This document shows positions 18,580 to 26,941 of a DNA stretch of 26,941 nucleotides, one piece after another. The stretch is taken from the IMG/VR virus record IMGVR_UViG_3300020043_002101, positions 1-26,941 of that record; one strand, given 5' to 3'. A program made the position numbers and the translations under genes. Source of the DNA: a virus. Its lineage: Duplodnaviria > Caudoviricetes. Each line of letters opens with the position of its first letter. The first letter of the stretch is position 1. The notes under the pieces were generated by a model, which was not told the DNA's origin, did no database searches, and saw only the letters and a list, made by a program, of their open reading frames with translations.

Positions 18580-19740
18580 TCAGGCAAAGGTCAGAACAAC
18601 TTCATCATTGCCGGCACTGGTCGGGACAGCAATATAAGGCAGATTAAGCATCTGCACGCCATCCTGATCGGCATAGGTCGGATTGCTAATGTCCACCTTC
18701 GGCGCCACGAGCGTAACACGGTTGCCGGCAGTAGTGCCATGTAGCAGCGTCAGCACGCCAGTCGTATCACTGTTGGCCACGGTGAAGTAGTCCTTAGTGG
18801 CGATGCTGACGGCCTCGATCATGCACTCACCAGACGGCGCCCGATTGGTGATCATGATCTCCTTGTCGCAGCCCACCAGCTCGCGGTAGATCACCTCATT
18901 GGCCATCTCAAGGCTCAGCGACTGCAGGCAGCCACTGTGGCTGAGGAAGCTGAAGGTGCTGCTGTTGCCAGCATTGAAGATCAAAGGCGTCGCCTGGTTG
19001 GTGTATGTCGTGGTGGGTGCTGCCGTATCAGTCGGTGCGTTGTAGATCCCTGTGAACTCAAAATCAATCGTCGGGATAGCGCCGACCTCGACATTCAGCG
19101 AGAACGTGCCGCGGCAGCCGGTCGCCTTATGCAGGATGCCATCGTTGTTGAAGTAGATCGTCGCGCTACCGAAGCTGGCGCTGACGGGCTTGTAGCCGAC
19201 ATTGGCGGCGATGCTATAGGTGCTGGTGCCATCCGGCGTGAATGCCGCCGTGGTCTTCTGCACCGTGGCAACCTTGGTGCTGCCCACGTAGTCAGTGATC
19301 ACACCGCTGCTGCCGGAGCCGGTGCCGCCAGTCAGGCTGATGATCATGCCAACGTAGGCATCATCCGTGGCCGAAGCACCTGATGCCAGTGTGATGCTGC
19401 CTGCAGATCCGGCCTGTGCAGTGCCGGTGACAGCGCTGCCAGTCGTGGTCTCGGCCATGCCGCACGCCTTAAGCAGGCCGCCAAAGCGCGGTGCGGTAGC
19501 TCCAGTGCCGGAGCCGGCCAGCTCCACCTGGAAGCTAATCGACACGCGCGCCTGCGCCAGCAGCTGATCGCTGTTGCCGAGGTATGGGCGGATCAGTTCA
19601 CGGCTGACAACATCAGCCTCCAGCGGTGTCACATCAATGGACCGCACCAGCAGCGCATCAGTGCCGGCCGGGCTGGAATCAGTTCCGTATGTGCTTTCGG
19701 ACTTGACGAGGATGAGTTGCTTGCGTGTCAGCAGTGCCAT
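18580..19740 (-). CDS. Major tail (tube) protein with inserted Thr/Gly-rich domain
   Basis: LILVKSESTYGTDSSP..SFQVELAGSGT..PRFGGLLKACG..GCRGTFSL..FEFTGIY..YADQDG. Position is upstream of the chaperones. Confidence 0.88.
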   Translation of the reverse strand: MALLTRKQLILVKSESTYGTDSSPAGTDALLVRSIDVTPLEADVVSRELIRPYLGNSDQLLAQARVSISFQVELAGSGTGATAPRFGGLLKACGMAETTTGSAVTGTAQAGSAGSITLASGASATDDAYVGMIISLTGGTGSGSSGVITDYVGSTKVATVQKTTAAFTPDGTSTYSIAANVGYKPVSASFGSATIYFNNDGILHKATGCRGTFSLNVEVGAIPTIDFEFTGIYNAPTDTAAPTTTYTNQATPLIFNAGNSSTFSFLSHSGCLQSLSLEMANEVIYRELVGCDKEIMITNRAPSGECMIEAVSIATKDYFTVANSDTTGVLTLLHGTTAGNRVTLVAPKVDISNPTYADQDGVQMLNLPYIAVPTSAGNDEVVLTFA

Positions 19741-19843
19741 TGTCAGATGCCTCGGGGCTTGGTGTGGCCGGCTCGACAGGGCGCCTTACGCCGGATTCGT
19801 CCAGGATGTAAGACCCACCCTGGCCATGGTGTTCATCTAGCAT
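19679..19843 (-). CDS. Small hypothetical protein (54 aa, absent from ORF track)
   Basis: MLDEHHGQGGSYILDESGVRRPVEPAT.... It fills the gap between the tail terminator and tail tube genes and overlaps the latter by 62 nt. Confidence 0.5.
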   Translation of the reverse strand: MLDEHHGQGGSYILDESGVRRPVEPATPSPEASDNGTADTQATHPRQVRKHIRN

Positions 19844-19854
19844 CGTAGCTGCGC

Positions 19855-20283
19855 TCAGGCTGCCGCCAGATTAGCGACCGCCGTGCGATAGCGGATCAGG
19901 TAATCGCAGGCGATCACGCCAGCCGGCTGGTCTGCTTCGATCATGTCAAACTGCACGCCGCGCGGCTCAATGCTCATCGCATAGCCGCCAATGGTCTGGT
20001 CTGCCATGACCTTGCTGTGCAGATCTTCCACGATCGCATCTGCCTGCTGGTCTGGGATGATCCCGCGCACGATCACAGCGATCCGTACGGTTAGCGTCCA
20101 GTCGGTTTTGCAGAAGCTGACATCCGTGTTCGCCTGATCAGAGATCGGCTCCACCACAATCGCCGGCGATTCACCGCGGGTGATTGGCTCCACCCTGCTG
20201 CGGTAGATCCTGGTGCTGACGCCAGTGGTGCCAGTAAGCGCAGTGCGTATGCCGGCAATGATTGACTCGCGGCGTGTCGTCAT
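19855..20283 (-). CDS. Tail terminator / tail completion protein
   Basis: MTTRRESII..IYRSRVEP..ESPAIVVEP..ADAIVEDLHSKVMAD.T.GG..DYLIRYRT, directly upstream of the tail tube gene. Confidence 0.8.
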   Translation of the reverse strand: MTTRRESIIAGIRTALTGTTGVSTRIYRSRVEPITRGESPAIVVEPISDQANTDVSFCKTDWTLTVRIAVIVRGIIPDQQADAIVEDLHSKVMADQTIGGYAMSIEPRGVQFDMIEADQPAGVIACDYLIRYRTAVANLAAA

Positions 20284-20285
20284 GG

Positions 20286-20918
20286 CTAAGCGCTAGCGAC
20301 CTGAGTGACCGTACAGATAATGCCAGGGATGGCCGGATGCGTAGCGCCTGCGGCCTCAGCATGGATGTAAGCATTCACATCTGATGTAGCCCACATCAGC
20401 TCGATGTAGTCCTTGGCTGCTAGCTGAAGCACGAAGTTAACGGTGCCGATCACATTGCCAGCCGTGCCGCCATGGCTGGCAATAATGCTGAATCTGCTAT
20501 CAGAGTCTGCAACATCTCCGCTGGATCCGCTGTCATTTTTGCGCAGCCACACATTGGCATCGTGAATCTGCGTGTCGTTATTGCTGAACTGAATCGAGAA
20601 TGTGATGCTGTAGATGCCCGGATAAAGAACCGTGATACGGCTGCCAGACGCGATCGTCACGCTGCGGCTGGCAGGGTCCGCTGATCGCAGCAAGATTGCA
20701 GTCGGGGTGTCGGCTGTCGCTGCATATTGCGACGTGGAGTCCCAGAAGCTGCCCCAGTAGCCCGGGCAGCCATGATATGCCAGCTGATTCCACCGCTGGA
20801 TGCCATTGCCGATCTTGAGGCTGCCAGTGTCGGATTCCTGCCCGAACTCACCAGCCAGCAGCAATGGATTGCTCGCCGCCCATGCCGCCCTGGTATTGAC
20901 GCGGATTGGTGCGCTCAT
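20286..20918 (-). CDS. Virion fibre protein with Mtd-N/hyaluronidase-N-like N-terminus and beta-sandwich C-terminus
   Basis: TRAAWAASNPLLLAGEFGQESDTGSLKIGNG..WNQLAY, then a C1q/TNF-like pattern GIYSITFSIQF..VWLRKN..DYIELMW. Confidence 0.72.
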   Translation of the reverse strand: MSAPIRVNTRAAWAASNPLLLAGEFGQESDTGSLKIGNGIQRWNQLAYHGCPGYWGSFWDSTSQYAATADTPTAILLRSADPASRSVTIASGSRITVLYPGIYSITFSIQFSNNDTQIHDANVWLRKNDSGSSGDVADSDSRFSIIASHGGTAGNVIGTVNFVLQLAAKDYIELMWATSDVNAYIHAEAAGATHPAIPGIICTVTQVASA

Positions 20919-21193
20919 GTCTTTTGCAGCCCAAGCTGTACCAATGCGCCATCGTCAATGTACTGCGTCTCGCGCACGGTGTAAGCAACACCTGCCACGG
21001 TGATGCTGTCGCCATATTTCAAGCTGCCGAAGCTTGATGCGCGTGCCGTCAGCGTGTAGTCAGTGCTCAAGACTGCATCGCTTAGCAGCACCTGCGATGG
21101 CATATCAAGGATGCCCAAGGCCGTTACAGCGCCTGCCACGCATGTGACGCCAAAGTCGTCAAAGAATGCGCCCAGGTCTTCGGTGATCGCCAT
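20915..21193 (-). CDS. Head-tail joining / head closure protein (gpFII-like)
   Basis: EDLGAFFDDFGV..GILDMP..LKYGDSITVAGVAYTVRE...DDG. Confidence 0.75.
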   Translation of the reverse strand: MAITEDLGAFFDDFGVTCVAGAVTALGILDMPSQVLLSDAVLSTDYTLTARASSFGSLKYGDSITVAGVAYTVRETQYIDDGALVQLGLQKT

Positions 21194-21330
21194 CAGAATG
21201 CCAACGCATCAACGTACAACTCAAGCCACGGCACATAGAGCGCATCATCAACTGCCGCCAATGGCGCCGCTGTAATGCTGCCGCGGATCGACAACCGAAT
21301 GCTTTGCCGCAGCCCAGTGCGCAGGTTCAT
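21193..21330 (-). CDS. Small hypothetical protein (45 aa, absent from ORF track)
   Basis: MNLRTGLRQSIRLSIRGSITAAPLAAVDDALYVPWLELYVDALAF. It fills the gap exactly, with ATGA and TGATG overlaps. Confidence 0.6.
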   Translation of the reverse strand: MNLRTGLRQSIRLSIRGSITAAPLAAVDDALYVPWLELYVDALAF

Positions 21331-21665
21331 GCTGCCCCCACCAGGCCGGTAACGCTAGGCGTGCCGCCGCTCAAGCTGACAAGCCGCAGCCTGATGTACT
21401 TCACCGGGCAGCCGCTCAAGGCATATCCATAGGTGCCATTGGCGGCAATTGTCGTATCAGTGCCAGCCTGGTCAAGGTTGAAGTAGCTGCTGCCATCAAG
21501 GCTGCCCTCAAATCGGATCACCACGTTCGTGCCGATACTCGATACCGTGACCTGGAATGTCATGCTGACACCGCCGCATTGCACAGCAGTGCCAGCGCCA
21601 GCGCTGGTCAGCGTGCCGAGGCTTTCAACCTCAAAGCCACTGAATGTACCGATTGGCTCAGGCAT
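21327..21665 (-). CDS. Virion structural protein (jelly-roll-like; head spike or decoration)
   Basis: MTFQVTVSSIGTNVVIRFEGSLDGSSYFNL..KYIRLRLVSLSGGTP. Confidence 0.65.
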   Translation of the reverse strand: MPEPIGTFSGFEVESLGTLTSAGAGTAVQCGGVSMTFQVTVSSIGTNVVIRFEGSLDGSSYFNLDQAGTDTTIAANGTYGYALSGCPVKYIRLRLVSLSGGTPSVTGLVGAA

Positions 21666-21690
21666 GATGTGCTAGCGATGCGCTCAGTCT

Positions 21691-21723
21691 AAAAAGAAAG
21701 GCCCCGGCCGTAGCCAGGGCCTT
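21691..21723 (-). terminator. Rho-independent terminator after the capsid/decoration genes
   Basis: On the - strand: AAGGCCCTGGC-TACG-GCCGGGGCCTT followed by TCTTTTT. Confidence 0.88.
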
Positions 21724-21743
21724 GATGGTTAATAGGCCCTAGG

Positions 21744-22121
21744 TCAGCCGTACTTCTTCAGGCCGTAGCCGAAGCAGGTAACAGCGCTAGAAGCAGTACC
21801 AGTCTCAGCGGTGCAGCTGAGGCGGATATAACGCTTCAGCTCATCACGGTTGAGAGTCTTGACCTGCTTTGATGCCGCATTGCCGATGGCAGTGAAGCTG
21901 CCGCCAGTCACAGCAGTGAAAGTGCTGTTGTCGGCAGATTCCTCAATGCGGAAGGTCAGATCAGCGCCGGAACCAGCAGCAGTGCCGGACAAGATGATCT
22001 GGATGTCGCCGTCGTAGTCCAGGAGGTCCACGCCGGTCTGGTCGCCAGTGCCGGTGATGGTCGTGGTAGCCAGCAGCGTGAAGTGCTGCAGCTTCTCAAG
22101 TGTCTGCTGAAAGATCGCCAT
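21744..22121 (-). CDS. Capsid decoration / cement-like structural protein
   Basis: TGVDLLDYDGDI..FRIEESADNSTFTAVTGGSFT..LKRYIR. Lies between the capsid gene and the terminator. Confidence 0.68.
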   Translation of the reverse strand: MAIFQQTLEKLQHFTLLATTTITGTGDQTGVDLLDYDGDIQIILSGTAAGSGADLTFRIEESADNSTFTAVTGGSFTAIGNAASKQVKTLNRDELKRYIRLSCTAETGTASSAVTCFGYGLKKYG

Positions 22122-22308
22122 TTCGGGTCACCTTAGTGCGTGGTTTGCGTTTGACCGTTGCAGCAGGCGCCGACTCCAATGCGGGAGCCAATTGCGCCTT
22201 GCCCATGTTCTGCAGAACTCTTGCGTCTGATTCCTCAGCATCAAAGATCTGCCCCGCCTTAACAGCCACACCCCTGATGGATGTGTCCTTAAGGATCTGA
22301 ATCAACAT
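22096..22308 (-). CDS. Small head-associated hypothetical protein
   Basis: MLIQILKDTSIRGVAVKAGQIFDAEESDARVLQNMGKA. Coupled to the capsid stop by TGATG. Confidence 0.7.
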   Translation of the reverse strand: MLIQILKDTSIRGVAVKAGQIFDAEESDARVLQNMGKAQLAPALESAPAATVKRKPRTKVTRNGDLSADT

Positions 22309-24443
22309 CAGAGTGTGTTGTTGCCGCGGCAGAAGGCCTCAGGGTGACGGACTGCAAAGTCCACATCCTGCAGCGCAATCACACGCACGGTGCCGCTGGT
22401 GGCCTGGCCGTAAGGATCCACGGTCAGATCCAGCCCGGACCACATGCCCATGATCAGCTGCGACCACACGCCGAAGAACACATCACCCGACTCCACCTGA
22501 TTGGAGACCACGGCGTTGTAACCGTTGACGGTGCCGCCGGGCTCATAAACATAGGCGCCGGTATCAGTGCCCTTGTCCTTGGTCTTCAGGTTGCCGCGCA
22601 TCGTGGCATTCATCAGATACGCCATGGCGCCGATGTCGGCGTTGTCCGCAGCGATCTTGGACTCCATGCTCACCACCTCGGCGTAAGTCGGGGTAGCAGC
22701 ACCGAAGTCCTCGGTGTTGATGCCGGTGGTGAGCTTGATGCCGAGCGGCTGGTTGGTATTGCCCAGGCCGTAGAGGCCAACGCGGTCGATCTCAAGCGCC
22801 AGCACGGTGGCCAGATCCTGGCGGATCATCTGCTCCACGTCGATGCTGGCCTGCAGCATCAGGCGGCGGCTGTAGTCGGTGAAGGCGCCCACAGTCTTGG
22901 GCGACATGTTCACCTGATCAACGCCCTGCTGGCTCTCGGTAGGAGCGCCGCTTTCAGCCACCCAGTAGGCAGTGGCTGCACCGGTCTGGCGGGGGATAGC
23001 CACGTTGCCAGACAGGCCAGTCAGCGAGGTGACGCCAAGGCCGGCCAGTGCAGAGCGGTTGCGCAGCAGCTCGATGAAGCTGCCGGGGCGGAAGTCAACG
23101 CCCACCAGATCACCAGCAGCCGAAGCAGTGCCAACGGTCAGGTCGCGGCGCAGCACCTCGGATGGCACCATGATGCCCTGAGCGGTCTTGCCGGCACGGG
23201 CAGCGGCGGCCTCGGAGCACTCGCGCTCAAATGCGGCGGCCTCCTGCAGGCGGCGGTCGCCAGGGTTGGCCAGTGCATTGATGGCGCGCTGGAAGCTGAA
23301 CTCACGCACTTCCTTGTGGGACAGGCCGATGTCGCCTGCGGTCTCGCTGACCGGTTGCGCCTTGGCGCCAAGCTGATCCAGGACAGCAGCGCGAGCCTCA
23401 TCAAGGCTGCGGCCGCCTTCGATCAGCTGACGGCCAAGGTCGGCCATGCCATGCTTCTCAGTGATTGCAGTGATGCCGGAGATGCGGGCGCGCTCAGCCT
23501 TAGCAGCCTCGGCAGCCGCTTCAGCCCGCACCGCCATCAGTTCGGTGGTGTCTTCCATGTCGGTAGAAGGTGGGACAGTTGAATGCGGCTGGGCCGCGAT
23601 GTGAGCATCCAGTGAACGCCCTAGACCGATTGTAGGGTCCGCCGGTATTGAAACCAGCGAGAGTTCATGCGCAGCCCAGCGAGTGACGATGAAATCCTCG
23701 CCGCGCTGCTGCATATCATTGATCGCGTAGCCGAAGCTGACATTACGAAGGACGCCATCTTGCACATCCTGCATCACCTCCTGCGCGAATGGGTTACGGC
23801 TCATCCGCACACGGGCGTAACCGCGCTTGCTTTCTTCGTCAATCCAGGCACGCTCGACAACGCCAATCAGCTTGTCAGGGTCATGATTAAACAGCAGCGG
23901 TGCGCCATCGTTTAGCCGGGTTAGATCCACTGCCTCAGCCTTATGGCTAAGGATTTCATTCCCGAAGTAACGCGCGACGGGATACTCGCTTGAAAATGGG
24001 AACTCAAGCGTGCGATCCTCTTCGGCAATATGCTCGGCGCGCGTCAAGGTGACAGGCGCGGAGCGCACCATCTGCTGAATGACTGGATCCATTGTGCGAT
24101 CTTGCAATGCCTTGATCCTATCGGCCTTGGCTGTCGCCCAAGTCTGGCCCGGGTCGCCGCCCCATGCTGCCCATGCCACGCGGCCCGGTGATGGGTAGCC
24201 ATCTTCGCCAGGACTGAAGCCTTCGCCTTGCTTGTCCACCTCATGCCGCGCGAACCATGCCGCCATCGTGATCACCGTGTCAGGTGATAGCTCATCGCCG
24301 CTCAGGATCTGGCTGGCCCTGGTGGCTGCTACATCAGTGCCGCCTTGCTGGCCATCAGCCTTCCAGTCGCGGTAACGCTGCGCCTCGGCGCGCATACCAT
24401 CCGTCGGCTCAAGGTTGATCTCAGTGCCGTTGACGTTTGCCAT
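22308..24443 (-). CDS. Fused N-terminal domain + HK97-type prohead protease + major capsid protein
   Basis: Protease motifs FPFSSEYPV..PLLFNHD..IGVVE..RNVSFGY..ELSLVSIPADPTIG. Helical scaffold AERARISGI. HK97-fold motifs IPRQTGAATAYWVAES..PKTVGAFTDYSRRL..DVDFAVRHPEAF. Confidence 0.93.
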   Translation of the reverse strand: MANVNGTEINLEPTDGMRAEAQRYRDWKADGQQGGTDVAATRASQILSGDELSPDTVITMAAWFARHEVDKQGEGFSPGEDGYPSPGRVAWAAWGGDPGQTWATAKADRIKALQDRTMDPVIQQMVRSAPVTLTRAEHIAEEDRTLEFPFSSEYPVARYFGNEILSHKAEAVDLTRLNDGAPLLFNHDPDKLIGVVERAWIDEESKRGYARVRMSRNPFAQEVMQDVQDGVLRNVSFGYAINDMQQRGEDFIVTRWAAHELSLVSIPADPTIGLGRSLDAHIAAQPHSTVPPSTDMEDTTELMAVRAEAAAEAAKAERARISGITAITEKHGMADLGRQLIEGGRSLDEARAAVLDQLGAKAQPVSETAGDIGLSHKEVREFSFQRAINALANPGDRRLQEAAAFERECSEAAAARAGKTAQGIMVPSEVLRRDLTVGTASAAGDLVGVDFRPGSFIELLRNRSALAGLGVTSLTGLSGNVAIPRQTGAATAYWVAESGAPTESQQGVDQVNMSPKTVGAFTDYSRRLMLQASIDVEQMIRQDLATVLALEIDRVGLYGLGNTNQPLGIKLTTGINTEDFGAATPTYAEVVSMESKIAADNADIGAMAYLMNATMRGNLKTKDKGTDTGAYVYEPGGTVNGYNAVVSNQVESGDVFFGVWSQLIMGMWSGLDLTVDPYGQATSGTVRVIALQDVDFAVRHPEAFCRGNNTL

Positions 24444-25975
24444 CAGGCGCCTTCCTCCGGTGCGGCATTTGCCTCGGGCGCATATGGATCCTGCGGGATG
24501 ATCGAACCGGGCGGCCTGGCCTGCGTTAGGCCGGCGCCGCTCACTTTGCCTGGATCAATGTCAAGCACTAGGCCATGCTTCTCTGCCAGCAAGCGCTCAG
24601 CCTCTAGCTGAATAAACAGCTCTTCAAGATCGCCGCCTTGCTCGGCCACCACCTCAGACAGTGACTTGAAGCCACATCGCACGGATTCCTTGTACGCGGC
24701 CACCTCCTTGGCGGGATCCACCCACGCCCAGCCGCGTGGCATCCACCGCACCATCTTGTAACGGTCAGGCGCCACCTCAAAGCCCGGCAGCGATAGCGCA
24801 TTGCTCAGCACCGCCAGGTCCAGCCATTCGCTAAAGACCCGCCGGTGGAAGTTCTCCACCATCCATGCCTGCAGCACACGCCAGTGGTCACGGTCTTCCA
24901 GCAGGCTCAGTCGGCTGCTGCTGTAGTTGGTCTGACTGAAATCCCTGCTGATCGTCTCATAGCTGCAGCCAATGCCGGCCGCCATGGCCCGCAGCATCGC
25001 GCGCAGGAACGGCTCGAACTGCCCATCAGGACTGTCGAGGCTTGGCACCGTGACCGACTCGCCGGGATTCAGATACTTGAACACGCCTGGCTCAAACTGG
25101 CTGACGCGCTCGCCATCCATCACGTCATCACCAATCAGCTCACCTTCTGGGCTGGTGATGAAGCCCATCAGTGCGCTGCTGGCCCTGGCGCGCACCACCT
25201 CCGCCTGCTCGTAGCCGGCCAGGTGATGCAGTCGCTGGATGGCACTGGCAAACCATGTGACGCCACGCGTCTGGCCCGGCCGCTCCGCGCGATACAGGTG
25301 GATGATCTCCTCCGCCGGCACGCGCTTATGGCGTTGCGTGCTGATCTGCTGGTTGCTGAACTGGTAATCACCCGGGTGGTAAGCCAGGAAGTGATATGCG
25401 ATCGGTCGGCCCCAGCCGTCTACCTCAACGCCCATCCTGATCTCATTGCCCTCCTTGCTGCGGCCATTCAGCCCATCGTCCAGCAGGTCAGCCTCCAGCA
25501 CCTCCAGCGCCAGCGGGATTGCCCCGCCGCCGAAGCTCTGCCGCACCAGGCGGATGAAGACCTCGCCGCTTTCAGCGCACGCGCGGATCGCCAGCCGCTC
25601 GATGTCCGCAAAGCTCAGCTTCCCGCCGGTGTGGCAATGCCTCGCCTGCGACCACTGGCGCCATGCCGCTTCAATCGCGTCATTGATCGGCGCATCAAGC
25701 CGTCCGCCACGCTGCATCCGCACCTGCGCCTGGAACGGGATGCCCTGCCCGATCACATTGCTCTCGATTGCACGTAGCGCCTGGCGGGCGTAGTCATTGT
25801 CACGGCACAGCTGCCGCGCACGATCGCGCAGCTTCTGCGCTGAGCCGTACACCTCGCTGTCGGCGCTGGTGTTGCTCGTCACCCAGTCCGCCGTCAGCCG
25901 GCTGAACTGCGCGCCCTGGTACATGCGCCGCCGTGGCGCCACGGGTGCCGGCTGTTGCTTGCGTTTCTTCGCCAT
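24443..25975 (-). CDS. Portal protein, lambda family
   Basis: LRDRARQLCRDNDYA..GVEVDGWGRPIAYH..RPGQTRGV..DFSQTNYSSSR..WVDPAKE. Confidence 0.95.
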   Translation of the reverse strand: MAKKRKQQPAPVAPRRRMYQGAQFSRLTADWVTSNTSADSEVYGSAQKLRDRARQLCRDNDYARQALRAIESNVIGQGIPFQAQVRMQRGGRLDAPINDAIEAAWRQWSQARHCHTGGKLSFADIERLAIRACAESGEVFIRLVRQSFGGGAIPLALEVLEADLLDDGLNGRSKEGNEIRMGVEVDGWGRPIAYHFLAYHPGDYQFSNQQISTQRHKRVPAEEIIHLYRAERPGQTRGVTWFASAIQRLHHLAGYEQAEVVRARASSALMGFITSPEGELIGDDVMDGERVSQFEPGVFKYLNPGESVTVPSLDSPDGQFEPFLRAMLRAMAAGIGCSYETISRDFSQTNYSSSRLSLLEDRDHWRVLQAWMVENFHRRVFSEWLDLAVLSNALSLPGFEVAPDRYKMVRWMPRGWAWVDPAKEVAAYKESVRCGFKSLSEVVAEQGGDLEELFIQLEAERLLAEKHGLVLDIDPGKVSGAGLTQARPPGSIIPQDPYAPEANAAPEEGA

Positions 25976-26547
25976 CAGCCGAACCTCACGAACAGGTTGT
26001 GGGGGTTGCCGAGGCCATTGGCCGCCAGCTGTGCAGCTTGCTCGCGCTTCACCTCAGCCTTCAGCTTGGCCTCAAGCTGCAGCAGGTCCGCCATCGGCAG
26101 CTTCTTCAGTCGCCTGCTGCCGATCGTGTATTCGGCTACCGCGCCGCCGGATACCATCGCGCGGATCGCGGCCTGCACCGCATCAAGATCCTGCTGCGCC
26201 TGGCTCCTGCCATCGAATGCGCCAGGGCTGCCGGCGTACTGCAGCGCCGCCAGGACCTCAAGCTGCCCAGCGCCCAGCGTCAGCTTCTCTGCGCCATAGG
26301 TTGCAATCGCCTGCCAATACCATTGCCCAGCATCAAACCCCGAGCTGGTGCCTGCAGCGATCGTGAACTCCCATCCCTGCCCATAGGCAGCGCCGACGCT
26401 GGTGGCGCCTTCGCTTGCTGTATTGGTGCGCAGGTAATAGGTCAGCGTCCAGGTGCCGCTGCTCACTGTATTGCCGAAGGCATCCACGCTCGGTTCATCC
26501 CGCCACTTCACGGTGTCGCCGGCCCTGATCGTCGCTGGGATGTTCAC
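25975..26547 (-). CDS. Head completion protein (gpW-like C-terminal domain)
   Basis: Between terminase and portal. C-terminal LDAVQAAIRAMVSGGAVAEYTIGSRRL..L..LEAKLKAEV. Confidence 0.8.
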   Translation of the reverse strand: MNIPATIRAGDTVKWRDEPSVDAFGNTVSSGTWTLTYYLRTNTASEGATSVGAAYGQGWEFTIAAGTSSGFDAGQWYWQAIATYGAEKLTLGAGQLEVLAALQYAGSPGAFDGRSQAQQDLDAVQAAIRAMVSGGAVAEYTIGSRRLKKLPMADLLQLEAKLKAEVKREQAAQLAANGLGNPHNLFVRFG

Positions 26548-26549
26548 CG

Positions 26550-26941
26550 CTACCAGTTGCTAAGGAAGGCTGAGCCAGCCTTAACCGACTTTAGCGGCGC
26601 TCTAATCCGCGCTTGCTGCGGCTTATCCAGCTGATCCCAGATCGTCTTGCGGTCGTAGCGCGTGTAGAGATGGCACAGCGCGGCATAGGCGTAGACCATG
26701 CAGTCCAGCGCCTCATTGCGCGCGGATGGTTTCTTCACCCATTCCCTCGTGGCAAACCCTGAGCGGTTGTACCGCAGCACCTGCTTCTCAGCCGTCAGCT
26801 GCTCGAAGTATTCAACGGTTGCCTCCATGTGGAAGTGCAGGTAGCCCGGCCCCGGCTCGCTATGGCGGATGCGCCCGAACAGCGTGGTCTTGATCGTGTC
26901 GCTACCAACCGGATGCACGATCGCGCCGCGCTTCAAGGTCT
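26550..26941 (-). CDS. Terminase large subunit, lambda GpA family (C-terminal part; truncated by window edge)
   Basis: VGSDTIK..GPGYLHF..YFEQLTAEK..W.K..ARNEALDCMVYAYAA. Confidence 0.93.
   Translation of the reverse strand, partial: TLKRGAIVHPVGSDTIKTTLFGRIRHSEPGPGYLHFHMEATVEYFEQLTAEKQVLRYNRSGFATREWVKKPSARNEALDCMVYAYAALCHLYTRYDRKTIWDQLDKPQQARIRAPLKSVKAGSAFLSNW

Noticed and set aside
20286-20918. Mtd-N-like domain suggesting a diversity-generating retroelement
   Set aside because: No reverse transcriptase and no template/variable repeat pair differing at adenines were seen in the window.
22344-25777. Long + strand ORFs (22344-23582 and 24845-25777) opposite the capsid and portal genes
   Set aside because: They are antisense shadows expected in GC-rich coding DNA and show no recognisable motifs.

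Overview
This window is about 27 kb of a GC-rich tailed-phage (siphovirus-type) genome. The host is most likely a picocyanobacterium (Synechococcus/Cyanobium-like); this is inferred from a cyanobacterial-type sigma-70 factor, an NblA-like gene and a cyanophage-type endolysin. The + strand (1-7805, plus a small ORF to 8172) carries replication and early genes: DNA methyltransferase, SF2 helicase, VRR-NUC nuclease, a near-consensus sigma70 promoter with a structured leader, small early genes, RecE-like exonuclease, Bet/RecT, an HTH protein, SSB, a variable small-gene cluster and the sigma factor. The - strand (26941 down to 7638) carries the late genes: terminase, gpW-like protein, lambda-type portal, a protease-capsid fusion, head/neck proteins, tail tube, tail chaperones with a -1 frameshift, tape measure, tail tip and fibre proteins, holin, endolysin and the NblA-like gene. 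The most notable points are: (1) the two opposing gene blocks interlock around the NblA-like gene, with divergent starts sharing one CATG; (2) TAnnnT (-10-like) boxes recur 20-22 nt upstream of several starts, including an internal Met of the capsid fusion; (3) the early leader RNA may have alternative folds; (4) several small genes are missing from the ORF track. All product calls come from motif recognition by eye; no database searches were run.
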